DNA of 64,000 bases. It comes from Heptranchias perlo. Lineage: Eukaryota. The first letter of the stretch is position 1. Every line of letters starts with the position of its first letter. The DNA lies in assembly GCF_035084215.1 (NCBI RefSeq), contig NW_027138407.1, positions 992,001 to 1,056,000 on the forward strand, read 5' to 3'. Below the pieces are notes generated by a model. It saw only the letters and a program-made list of their open reading frames with translations. It had not been told where the DNA came from and searched no databases. A program made the position numbers and the translations under genes. Shown here in pieces: positions 1-12,079 of this stretch.

Positions 1-562
1 CATGTGTTTATCTAGCTTCCCCTGAAATGCATCTATTCTATTCACCTCAACCTTTCCAAGCGGTAGCAAGATCCACTTTCTTGTTGTGTATATAGATATG
101 TATATATATATATGGCAAGAAAGTGGATATGTATATATATGTATAAACAAATCAGATATATATATATATATGAATGATGGGTAGAGAAATACGCCTTTTC
201 GGGCAATACATCCGATATTATCAGCTCTGGCAAGTCTTTGATTAATGTTATTTGTTGTCCGATAGGGCCATTCTCTCGCTCAAACCCATAAATCTGAACT
301 GCAATATTGTTATAGTTTAACTCGGTAACGACCTGACCCGCGAGCAGAGAGCGACCGGGAGAAGTGAGCCCATCTGTGGTGGGGTACCTCACCTCGCCGT
401 GACGATCGCAGTGGATTCCCTATAGTCTCAGACACATAACCGCAAGGGCCTTAGAATTACCATTCTGACAGTTTTGGGTAAAGATGCCTGGCAGGTGGGT
501 CTGAAATTCCTGTCTGCGCTATCTTAGTAAAGCGGTTAACTCGCTTCAACATCAACAACTGC

Positions 563-2410
563 AAAAATTTGCATTTATATAGCGCCTTTAACGTAGCAAA
601 ACGTCCCAAGGCGATTCACAAGAGCGATTATCAAACAAAATTTGACACCGAGCCACATAAGGAGATATTAGGACAGGTGACCAAAAGCTTGGTCAAAGAG
701 GTAGGTTTTAAGGAGCGTCTTCAAGAAGGAGAGAGAGGTAGGGAGGCGGAGGGGTTTAGGAAGGGAATTCCAGAGCTTAGGGCTTAGGCAGATGAAGGCA
801 CGGCCGCAAGTGGTGGAACGATTAAAATCGGGGATGCTTATGAGGCAAGAACTGAAGGAGGCAGAGATTTCGGAGAGTTGTAGGGATAGAGGAGGTGACA
901 GAAATAGGGAGGGGAGAGGCCATGGTGGGATTTGAAAACAAGAATGAGAATTTTAAAATCGAGGCGTTTCCCGGCCGTGAGCCAGAGTCGGTCAGCGAGT
1001 AAGGGGGGTGATGGGAGATCGGGTCAGAGTTTTGGATGAGCTCAAGCTTGTGGTGAGTGAAAGATGGGAGGCGAGCCAGGGGACCATTGGAGTAGTCCAG
1101 TCTGGAGGTAACAAAGGCATGGATAAGAGTTTCAGCAGCAGATAGGAACATAGGAACAGGAGTAGGCCATTCAGCCCCTCGTGCCTGCTCCGCCATTTGA
1201 TAAGATCAAGGCTGATCTGTGATCTAGCTCCATATCCCTTAATACCTTTGGTTGCCAAAAAGCTAGCTATCTCACATTTAAATTTAGCAATTGAGCAAGT
1301 ATCAATTGCCGTTTGCAGAAGAGAGCTCCAAATTTCTACCACCCTTTGTGTGTAGAAATGTTTTCTAATCTCACTCCTGAAAGGTCTGGCTCTAATGTTT
1401 AGACTGTGCCCCCTACTCCTAGAATCCCCAACCAGCGGAAATAGTTTCTCTCTAAACATCCTATCTGTTCCCTTTAATATCTTATAAACTTCGATCAGAT
1501 CAACCCTTAACCTTCTAAACTCTGGAGAATACAACCTCAATTTGTGTAATCTCTCCTCGTAACAACCCTTGAAGTCCGCGCATCATTCTAGTAAACCTAC
1601 GCTGCACTCCCTCCAAGGCCAATATGTCCTTCCGAAGGTGCGGTGCCCAGAACTGCTCACAGTACTCCAGGTGCGGTCTAACCAGGGTTTTGTATAGCTG
1701 CAGCATAACTTCTGCCCCCTTGTACACCAGTCCTCTAGATATAAAGACCAGCATTCCATTAGCCTTATTGATTATTTTCTGCACCTGTTCATGACACTTC
1801 ATTGATCGATGTACCTGAACTCCTAAGTCCCTTTGGACATCCACTGTTTTTAACTTTTTACCATTTAGAAAGTACCCTGTTCTATCCTTTTTTGATCCAA
1901 AGTGGATGACCTCACATTTGTCTACATTGAATTCCATTTGCCATAGTTTTGCCCATTCACCTAAGCTATCAATATCCCTTTTCAATTTTATGTTTTCATC
2001 TACATTGTTTACATTGCTACAAATGTTTGTGTCATCGGCAAACTTAGAAATTAGACTTTCTATGCCTTCATCTAATCTGAGACAGGGGCGGAGACAGGTG
2101 AGGTTACAGAGGTGGAAGTAGGCTGTCTTGGTGATGGAGTGGATAAGGGGTCAGAAGCTCATCTTAGGGTCAAATAGAACGCCAAAGTAGTGAATGGTCT
2201 GGTTCAGCCTCAGGCAGTAGTCAGGTTGCCGGATCGTTGCAGCGGGGACCAAAGACAATGGCTTCAGTATTCCCAATATTTAGATGGAGGAAATTTTTGC
2301 TCATCCAGTACTGGATGTCGGACAAGAAACGTGACAAATGAGAGACAGTGGAGGGGTAGAGGGAGGTGGTTGTGAGGTAGAGCTGGGTGTCGTCAGCGTA
2401 CACGTGGACT
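563..2410 (-). mobile_element. L2-clade LINE 3' fragment, interrupted by a nested CR1 insertion
   Basis: Minus-strand peptides YADDTQLYL (2221-2403) and AETLIHAFVTSRLDYSN (822-1196); L2-type tail reads ttgcatttatatagcgcctt on + at ~568; split by CR1 at ~1143-2075. Confidence 0.85.
1143..2075 (-). mobile_element. CR1 LINE 3' fragment (RT C-terminus and 3' UTR)
   Basis: Peptides WQMEFNVDKCEVIHFG, LYKTLVRPHLEYCEQFWAPHL and RSRGHSLNIRARPFRSEIRKHFYTQRVVEIW; tail ...gaatggcctactcctgttcctatgttcct. Confidence 0.9.
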
Positions 2411-3189
2411 CTTACAATAAATGGATTAGCTCTTCCGGTAGATTATGGGGAAAGAACACTCCGAGTAACTCGTAAGTTAGTATCCATCATGCAGTTTCAG
2501 CGCCCTGACTTATAATCCATGCCTTTGCCTCGGTGCGCAGGGCAGCTTCACTATCAACGCAGTTTGGTCTATTTGATTCAGAACGGCATAATCAGCCTGC
2601 ACTCCTTTTTAATGAGAGAGATCACAGATTCATAGAATCTTAGAAGGAGGCCATTAGGCCTACCGTGCCTGTGTCGACTTTTGGAACGAGCTATCCAATT
2701 AGTCACATATCTTGGCTCTTTCCCCATAGCCCTGCAAATTTCCCCCTTCAAGTATTTATTCAATTGCCAAGAAGGGAGACAGGGCCTAGTTTAATACACA
2801 CAGAGACAAAGTCTAGTGCAGTAATGTCCGAGACAGGACCTAGTATAATATATACTCAGTCACGGGCAATTACAGTCATAACTGAGACAGGGCAGAGTGC
2901 AATATAAACAGAGACAGGGTCTGCCGTAATGTGTACACAGACATAATCTACTGCAGTGGTAACTGAGACAAGACCTGGTGTAACATAAACAGAGGCAGAA
3001 CCTAGAATATTAATAGCTGAGACAGGGTCTAGTGTAATAGAAACAGAGGCATGCCGAGTGCAGTAATAACTGAGACAGGGTCTAGTGTAATGTAAACAGA
3101 GAAATGATCTACTGTAGTAATGACTGAGACAGGGCCTAGTGCAATATAAATAGGGACATGGGCTAGTGCAGAAATAAGTGAGACAGAGA

Positions 3190-3258
3190 TGGAGGATGTG
3201 GGCAACAAATGCTGGCCTTGCCAGCGATGCCCACGTTCCATGAAAGAATAACAAAAAG
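3190..3258 (+). mobile_element. 3' tail of the Zenon-like LINE/SINE family inserted in the satellite
   Basis: gggcaacaaatgctggccttgccagcgatgcccacgttccatgaaagaata matches the tails at ~26990-27050 and ~52365-52420. Confidence 0.75.
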
Positions 3259-6200
3259 AGCATAGCGTAATATGAACGGAGATATGATCTAGTGCAATAT
3301 TAGTAGAGACACGGTATATGCAGTAATTGCTGAGACAGGGCCTAATGTAATATCAACAGAGGCATGGGCTAATGCTGGAAAAACTGATACGGGCGTTGAG
3401 TAATATAAACAGTGGCATGGCATAGTGTGATATAAACAAAGAAATGGTCTTATGCATTAATGACTGAGACATGGCCTAGTGTAATATAAACAGAGGCATG
3501 GTCCAGTGTAATAGAAACAGAGACAACACCTACTGCATTAACTGAGATAGAGCCTAGTCTAATATAAACAGAAACATGGTCTTGTGCAGTAATAACAGAG
3601 AAAGGGCCTAATGTAATATAAACAGAGACATGGGCTATTGCATTAAAACTGAGAAAGGGTCACATGTAATTTAAACAGAGATTTGGTCCATTGTAATAAA
3701 AAAGAGACATGGGCTAATGCAGTAATTACTGATTCAGGGCCTTGTGTAATATAAAAAAAACATGGTCTGGTGTATTATAAGCAGAGACATTGGCTAATGC
3801 AGTAAAAACTGAGACAGGGCGTAGAGTTATTTAAACAGAGACATGGTCCAGTGTAACACAAACAGAGATATGGCCTACTGCATTATAAAGAGAGACATGG
3901 TCTAGTGCAGTAATAAGTGAGACAGGGTCTAATGTAATATAAGCGGAGGCACAAACTAGTGTAATATAAACAAAGAAATGGTCGAGTGCAGTAATGGCCG
4001 AAATAGGTCCTTGTGTAATATAAACAGAGACATGGGCTAGTGCAGTAATAACTGAGACAGGGCCTAGTGTAATATAAACAGAGACATGATCTAGTATAAC
4101 ATGAACTGAGGCAAGGTCTTGTGCCGTAATATCTGAGACATGGTCTAGTGTAATATAAGCAGAGGCATGGTCTCGTGCAGTAATGATCGAGGAGGGCTTA
4201 GAATAATATAAACACAGACATGGGCCGGTGCAGTCATAACTGAGACAGGGCATAGTGCAATATAATCTGAGTCATGATCGAGTGCAATATAAACAGAGGC
4301 AGGGCCTGGTGTAATATGTACAGAAACATGGTCTAATGCAGTGGTAACTGAGGTAGGGCCTGGTGTAATATGCACAGAAGCATGGTCTACTGCAATGGTA
4401 ACTGAGGCAGGATTTCGTGTAATATATACAGAGGCAGGACCTAGTACAGTATTAGCTGGGATACAATCGAGTGCAATATGAACAGAGACACGGGCTAGTT
4501 TAGTAATTGCAGAGACGGGGCGTAGTATAATATAAACAGAGGCAAGGTCCATTGTAATGCAAACAGAGGCAAGGGTACAAGGTAATAAAATCAGAGTCAT
4601 GGCTAGTGCAGTCATTACTGAGACGTGGTCTCGTGTAATTGATGCAGAAGCATTGTCTAGTGTAATATAAATAGCGAAATGGTCTAGTGCAGTAATGACC
4701 GAAAGAGGGCCTAGTATAATATAAACACAGGCATGGGCCAGTGCAGTCATAATTGAGACAGGGCAGAGTGCAATATAAACGAAGTCATGATCTAGTACAA
4801 TATAAAGAGACAGGGCCTCGTGTAATATGCAGAGAAACATGGTCTACTGCAGTGGTAACTGAGACAGGACTTAGTGTAATATATACAGAGGCAGGACCTA
4901 GTACAGTAATAGCTGGGATACGATCTAGTGCAATATAAACAGAGACACGGTCTTGTGCAGTAATTACAGAGACAGTGTAATACAAACAGAGGCATGGTCC
5001 AGTGTAATGGAAACAGAGGCAAGGCCTACAAGGTAATAAAAGCAGAGTCATGGCTAGTGCAGTCATTACTGAGACTGGGTCTAGTGTAATATAAGCAGAA
5101 GCATTGTTTAGTGTAATATAAATAGCGAAATGGTCTAGTGCAGTAATGACCGAGACAGGGCCTAGTGTAATGTAAAGAGATAAATGGGCTAATACAGTAA
5201 TAACTGAGACAGGGCCTAGTGTAATATAAACAGATACATGATCTAGTGCAGTAATAACTGAGAAACGGTCTAGTGTAATAAAAACAGAGACACGGGCTAG
5301 AGTAGTAATAGCTGGGACAGGGCCTATTGTACTACAAACTGAGAAATGTTCCAGTGCAATATAAACAGAGACATGGTCTAATGCGGTAATAAGCGAGACA
5401 ATATCTACTGTAATATGAACAGAGACACAGTCCAGCACAATAATAACTGACACGGGGCCTTGTGTAATATGAACAGAAGTATGGCATATTGCATCACTAA
5501 CTGAGACAGGGTATAGTATAATATGAGCAGTGACATAGTCTAGTGCAGCAAAAACCGAGGCAATGCCTAGTGTAATAAAAACATAGATATTGTCTAATTT
5601 ATTACTAACTGATACGTGGCATAGTGTAATATAAACAGAATAATGCTCGAGTGCAGTAATAACTGAGACAGAAGCTACTTAACAGGGACATGGTCTAGTG
5701 CAGTAATAACTGAGACAGGGTACTACTGTAATGCAATCAGAGGCATGGCCTAGTTCAGTAATGACTGAGATATGGTCTAGTGTAATAAAAGCATAGATTT
5801 AGTCTAATTCATTATTAACTAAGACAGGGCCTAGTGTAATATTAGCAGATATATGGTCTAGTTTAACATAAACAGAGACAAGCCTAGTGTAATGCAAATA
5901 AAGAAACGGACTAGTGTAATACAAACAGAGACATGGTCTAGTGCAGTAATAATGGAGACATGGCCTCGTGTAACATAGACGGGGGCATGGTCTAGTGCAT
6001 TAATAACTGGAACAGTGTCTGGTGTAAAATGAACAGAGGCGTGGTCTTGTGTAACATAAACAGAGGAACAGTCTAGCGCAGTCATAACTGAGACAGGGCC
6101 TGGAGTGATGTAAAAAGACGCATAACCTAGTGTAATATCAGCAGAGGCATGGTCTACTGCAGTAATAACTGAGTCATCTTCGAGTGTAATACAAAGAGAA

Positions 6201-6271
6201 ACATGATCTAATGCGGTAACTGAGACAGGGTCTACTGTAATGTAATCAGAGGCATCGTCTACTTCAGTAAT

Positions 6272-6349
6272 GAATCTTACAACACCAGGTTATCTAAGAT
6301 TCCTTATATTTGTCCACCCTAGTCCATCACCGGCATCTCCACATCATGG
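6272..6349. mobile_element. Short Penelope-like retroposon relic with 13-bp TSD inside the satellite
   Basis: Flanked by ctacttcagtaat at 6259-6271 and 6350-6362; contains an inverted copy of ataacctggtgttgtaag, also seen at ~40301. Confidence 0.55.
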
Positions 6350-7600
6350 CTACTTCAGTAATAACAGAGACATGGTCTAATTCGGTAATCACTGAGACAG
6401 GACTTACTTTAATATAAACAGAGGCAGGGCCTTGTGCAATAATAACCGAGACAGGGTCTACTGTAATATAGAGACATGGTTTAGTTTAAAATAAACAGAC
6501 ACATAGCCTCGTGTATTGTATACAGAGACATGGACGACTGTAACGGATTTTTGTTAGTTAACTGAAATGTAGCTATGGTGGGTAAATTAAGCTGAGTTGG
6601 AGAACGTCCATGGTGTGATTGAATGGTGGAACAGGCCCGATGGACGGAATGGCCTCCTCCTGTTCCTAAGTAACAGGCTCGAGGGACGGAATGGCTTATT
6701 CTTGTTCCTATCTGCCAGCAGCAGCGGGGCGGGGGAACACGTTCGGTCCCCGTGCGGGCGGCAGCGGCCTGCACTAGCCCAGTGAGCATCGATTAATCTT
6801 CAGGTTGGTTTCATTTTCCAAATTGAGGCCGGGCGCTGCTCAGGGAAAGAATCTCCTTGACTGAAATTAACTGGTGCAAAAAGGGAAAAGGTGCATTCGG
6901 ACCAAATATTAGCAAAGGCTGTTTTATTGTTTTTTATATGTAAGTACCGAATAGAGGAAAAAGTGACAGGACATTAACAGGTTAGTTGCTCCAAGCTGCC
7001 GATTATCCCGTTATGAGGGAAAAGATGAATATTCCGCCCTCAGGACGTGTCCTGCTCCACCGTGGATAGGCTCCAAATTATAACTAGATCTGCTCTGATG
7101 GATATGTTTTTTCCAAAGATGATTCGGCATCGCGATATTAAGTATTCGAGGGTTTAAGAAACACATAGAAAAGAAACACAGGCAGAATTTGGGAACTGGA
7201 TCCTATCCGATTAACGGAGCGGCCAGCAGGGAGTTTGTGGCGGTATCAGCAACCTCTTCTTTGGAGCTGATCTGAACATCGATCCAGGGCTTTAAGGGGG
7301 AAAACAGATGATCAGAAGCAGAAAGTACAGTTCAACCAGTCGATTCATTCTTTGATCGATCTTTCAGAGAGATTGGATTCTGCAGTTTAATTTCTCGGCC
7401 GCTCCTGGAAACACCTGGGCGACAGTTTGATCCGAGGTTAATTTGTTTACCTCTCGTTTTGTGTTTCAGCGCCTGACAGCGCACTGCACATTGTGGTTGC
7501 ATCTGCCCTCGATTCTACACAACTCTCCGCAGCCAGGGCCTCCGGCCTACAGTCCAACGGCAGTTTTTGTACAGGGGTGAGACTGATTTCCATCACTGTG

Positions 7601-8649
7601 ACTCACTGAGAGAGCAGTAATACACGGCAGCGTCAGTCAGCAGCAGCCCGAAGATGGATAAAGTGGTGAAGGTGTTGGAGGGCTGGAGCTCAACAGAGAA
7701 ACGGATTCCGAAACCTTCTCCTTTCTGTTCCTGTGTATCCCAAGACCTTCTCCGCGCTACAAACTGAGGCTTCGTCTCTCTTTGTTGCCGGTACCAATAT
7801 AAATAATAATTTTTGGCTGTGGTACTATAAATACATTCCATAATCACCGATTCACCTTCTCTTCTGCTCTCTGTAGACTTGGACTGATTAACAGATTCTC
7901 CATGACTCTGGTCTGTAACATGTTGAGGAACAAGTTAAGATCAAGTATCAAAAGGTATCAATGAAATAATATTGTATAGAATGTTCAGCGGAGAAACACG
8001 CCAACCGGGCTGATCCGCTGTTTATGCTCCATACGAGCCTCATCCCACCAATCTCCATCTAACCCTAGCAGCAGAACCTGCTATTGCTTTCCCCCTCGTG
8101 TGTTTATCCAGCTTCCACTTAGATGCATCTGTGCACTCTCTGGGTAAAGACGTTTATCCTGAATTCCTTATTGGATGTATTAGTAACTATCTTATATGTA
8201 TGGCCCTCAGTATTGGTCTCCCCCGCAAGTGCGTAACATCTTCTCTACATCTACCCTATCAAAGACCATCGTAATTTTAAAACCTGTGTTAGGTCACCCC
8301 TCTCCCTTCTCTATTCTAGCGAAAAGAGCCCAGCCTTTTCAGTCTTTCCTGAGAGTTATAACCTCTCAGTTCTGGTATCTCGATTGTAAATCTTTTTTAT
8401 TTGCGCCTTCTCCAGTGCCTCGATATCCTTTTTGTAAGATGGAGATCAGAACTGTTCACTGCACTGCAAGTCTGGGCTAACCAACGTTCGATACAAGTTG
8501 AATATAACTTCTCTGCTTTTCAATTCTATCCCTCTAGAAAAGAACCCCAGTATTTTTTTTTAATATTAACACATTAGTTTGAACACGACATGATTGGAGT
8601 CATCCTTACCGAAAATAAATGCCCCAAACACAAGCCAGAATATCCGCAT
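7601..8649 (-). CDS. TRAV/TRDV: TCR alpha/delta V segment, apparently functional (leader 8610-8649, V exon 7601-7912)
   Basis: MRIFWLVFGAFIF|DQSHGESVNQSKSTESRREGESVIMECIYSTTAKNYYLYWYRQ...DAAVYYCSLSE; GT/AG splice sites; RSS CACAGTG-23-ACAAAAACT at 7600-7562. Confidence 0.93.
7975..8550 (-). mobile_element. CR1 3' fragment in the leader intron of the V at 7601
   Basis: CR1 RT-end and 3' UTR similarity to the other CR1 copies in the window. Confidence 0.75.
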
Positions 8650-8907
8650 GGCCGCTGCCGAGCCCGAACCTGTCAGTCCAGTTAAAAGCCCAGTACCGGA
8701 TCCGAATCGTCTCCGTCATGGCTCTTATTGGTTGAACGTCACTTCCGGATCTCGTTTTTCCCCAAATGGCGTAATCTCCAATACACCCGCCATATATGTA
8801 AATATGCTTCAAATGAGGGTCCCAAGGAAACAAACTCAATCATGTTGTGCACGTGCTTAACACAACTTTTACATCATAGTCCCGAATATGTTGGCAGCAT
8901 TTTAGAG

Positions 8908-9451
8908 ATGGCGCCGCTTGGTCTGTTCCTGATGTCCCTTTTAATAGGTAGATTGTGATATGTGTTCCCTGTGCTTGTGTGAATGCCCCTGATGTCCCCT
9001 GTAATAGGCAGATCGTGATAATTGTTCCCTATGCTGCTGTGAATGCTCCTGATGTCCCTTTTAATAGTTAGGTAGTGATATGTGTTCCCCATTCTGGTCT
9101 AAATGCTACAAATTAAGAAAGGAATTAACTGATGATTTAAATCATTTATTACAGGGAAAATCCAAGGGAGTTCAGTGACGCAGCCTCAACGTGAGCTGCG
9201 GGTATCTGAAGGAGATAATCCTGAATTGAATTGCAATTACAACACCAGTTTGGCTGATCCGGATCGTTACTGGTATCGACTGTACCCGAACCAGGCATTA
9301 CAGTTTATATTATACCGTGATAACGCCAGGCGAAAGGATGCCGATTTTGTGAAAGGAAAATTCGATGCTCGTCACTTCAATAAATATCAAGTTTTTCCTT
9401 TATCACTTTCTGCAGCAGAGACTAAAGACAGCGCCGTGTATTTCTGCGGCA
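8908..9451 (+). CDS. TRAV/TRDV: TCR alpha/delta V segment, intact ORF with a short 3' end (leader 8908-8947, V exon 9155-9451)
   Basis: MAPLGLFLMSLLI|GKIQGSSVTQPQREL...LNCNY...YWYRLYP...DSAVYFCG; RSS CACAGTG-24-ACAAAAACC at 9452-9491. Confidence 0.9.
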
Positions 9452-10384
9452 CACAGTGCTGCAGAGATACAGCGAATCCCATACAAAAACCTACACCGAG
9501 AGTTCCAGTTATTGCTCGCCAGAAGGCGCTCCCACACCGATAAACAGAAGCTATAATTGAACCACCACAGTGAGAGTCACAAGGGACCTTCTTAAAAAGG
9601 ACTACAAACCACAACACTCAACAAGAGCAGGTAAGGTCCACTTATGGATTCATGTTAGTTGGTGATTTCAACGTGAATTTATAATAAAAATGAACTTCAC
9701 AATTCCATCTGTGGTGCCTTGACTCCCCTTTGTCTTTTGATGCCCTTTCCATGCCGACTGCAATATTGTGGAGCCCTTTACACACCTCCCCTGTCAGTTA
9801 TCCGGACCCTTTGATCGTGGCCTGTACTCAGATTTCACAAGGTAGTGATTGTGCTCTTCAAAATAAGCCACAAGCACAGACTTCCCCCAATGTCCATTCT
9901 CCTTCAGGATGTCTCCTGAACGCTGGAATGTTTTCTGACACCATTAACAATCGCTGTGCTTCCTGGTTACAATAAACAAACAATGGCTTAATCCGCACCC
10001 CGGTCTCTAAAAGAGAATCCATTTCCCCTATAAGGGGACTGTAGCCCAGCTCGGGGTGAGTTCATTCACTGGCAGCCAGCTCAACACCTATCGGTCTCAC
10101 AGCACCACCGGGGAAACCAGGAAGTGAGGTGAGAGCATATTGAGACACGGTAGCAGAATATTTAGGGTGAGGATTAGAACGGGTGTCTTCAAATATCCAA
10201 CCCCCTTTTACAGAACGAACAGCGACAATACAGCTATTGGACATCTGGATTGTGTGGTGGCCATTTCTGACAGAAATTGTGGACCAAACACATTTAACTT
10301 TTTCTCTCATTTCCAAACACGATTTGAGTCTAAATTTTAAACACGCGCTGATTTGACCTTTTCCTGTTTGAACATGTTTTTCAG

Positions 10385-10690
10385 ATCTAAGTCATTGAGA
10401 TTCTGTCACTAAGCCGCTGTCCTCAGGAGTTAAGACAGAAGGAGAAGCGGTGACTTTAAACTCTCCCTGTGATACTACATGGGGCGGCTATAATACATGT
10501 TGGTACCGGCAACACTCAGACAAAAGAGCCCGAATTTATATTGAGGAAAGATTGAGGAGGTAATGAAGATGAACCGGAGTTTGCTGAAGGCCGTGTCTTT
10601 GTTCATTTCCAGAGGGCCAACAAATTCTCCAGTTTAACCATATCGGGTCTACAGCTGGCCGACACTGCAGTTTATTACAGTACCGAGATT
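10385..10690 (+). pseudogene. TCR V pseudogene
   Basis: Splice acceptor; remnants EGEAVTL, WYRQH and LQLADTAVYY; in-frame TGA and frameshifts; heptamer CACAGCG at 10691 with a decayed nonamer. Confidence 0.8.
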
Positions 10691-10814
10691 CACAGCGATG
10701 GAAACAAGTTAAACCCTCGGCCAGCAACTCCCACCGCTTTGTAGATTAGAGGCTTTGCCTGCTGAAGCCGGTTATAACGGCGGACAGTTGCTGACCAGGT
10801 GCGGAGTGCCGCTC

Positions 10815-10926
10815 CTTCACCGGCTTAACCATCAACGAGCTGCATCTGAGTGACACTGCCGTGTATTACCGCGCCCTCTGGGACTCACAGTGATGGAAAG
10901 CAGACGCACCCACCCCTACAGAAACT
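10815..10926 (+). pseudogene. 3' fragment of a TCR V with RSS
   Basis: LTINELHLSDTAVYYRALWD then CACAGTG-25-ACAGAAACT (10886-10926); the 3' flank is an inverted paralog of that of the V at 7601. Confidence 0.75.
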
Positions 10927-11159
10927 GCTGTTGGACTGTGGGTCGGAGGCCCTGTCTGTTGGGGGTTGTGCAGATTCGCGGGCAGATGAATACACACTGT
11001 GCAGCGCGCTGTCAGGCACTCAGGCACTGAGATTAAACCAAATTAACCTCGGAAAAAACTGTCACCCAACTCATTCCAGCAGTGGCCCAGAAACTAAACT
11101 GCAGGATACAATCGGTCCGAAAAATCGACCACAGAGGCTTGAGCAGATAATCTAGGCTG

Positions 11160-11410
11160 ACATTCCCACAGTCAGTACCGAAGGAATGCTGCACTGTCAG
11201 AGATGCGGTGTTTCGGATGATACATTAAACCGTCTGCCCTCTCAGGTGGACGTAAAATATACCACAGCCACTTTTGGAAGAAGAGCAGGGGAGCTCTCCC
11301 CGGTGTCCCGAGGACAATATTTATACCTCAGCCAAAGGATTAACTGGTCATTAGCACATTGTTATTTGTGGGATCTTGCTGTGCACAAATTGGCTACCGC
11401 GTTTCTTACA
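11160..11410 (+). mobile_element. Deu-domain SINE (SacSINE1/AmnSINE1-like) fragment
   Basis: gctgcactgtcagag...ctctcaggtggacgtaaaa...gaagagcagggg...gtgggatcttgctgtgcacaaattggct; related copies at 25640, 27265 and 62500. Confidence 0.7.
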
Positions 11411-12079
11411 AACAACGTCAAACTGTATTTTTCTTGAGAAAAGGTTCATTGCAAAGTGGGCGATTGGATGTACTTTGTGTCCACGAATCTCAAAGGAAAA
11501 ACGTTCACACGTTTAACAAGGATAATGCCCCTGAACGGGCTTCTAATTCACGATACTTTAAATGAAAGTAAACTTATTTTTCCATCGGAATGAACAGACA
11601 GAGAGAAATTAAACCGTCGCTTCCTGCAGTGCGATTTCCTCAACGCCGCCAATCCGCGTGCACAGACAACATCACGTGCCAACTGTAAGATTCCGGCGGT
11701 TTAACCTCTGCAGGTGGTGCAATAGCTGATTTCTACTTCACAATTCTGCAATCTGACAAGAGCCGTTTCCAAGTGTACTGTTTTTAAATTGTGTTATTTT
11801 CTACCCACGCCAATGTAAACGGTGCCTGAATTCACCGTTTACATTGGCAAGTTCACCTTCTTATGCTTCTCAATGGCTGCATCTGGGAGAGAGAGTGAGA
11901 AAGGGAGAGAGGCAGAAATAGAGATGAAGAAAGAGGATCACAGAGAGAAAGAGGGAGATTAGAAGATCGTCACAGATGTATTGCAGTAGGAATGTTTAAG
12001 ACGTGAGGCAGAGAAATAAGAGAGATAGAAGTAGTAAAATGGAGATAAAGAGATGGCGATATTTCACTATTCTGCTGCG

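Larger units (their letters stand above)
2776..6545. repeat. ~3.8-kb degenerate satellite of alternating 27-bp units (gagacagggcctagtgtaatataaaca / gagacatggtctagtgcagtaataact)
   Basis: Tandem periodicity is directly visible; a unit length divisible by 3 explains the repetitive ITALDHVSVY ORFs on the minus strand. Confidence 0.95.

Noticed and set aside
2856-6085. Long minus-strand ORFs with ITALDHVSVY repeats
   Set aside because: Translation artefacts of a 27-bp satellite; no splice or promoter context and frequent frame breaks.
2776-6545. CRISPR-like repeat array
   Set aside because: Vertebrate DNA; degenerate tandem monomers without unique spacers and no cas genes.
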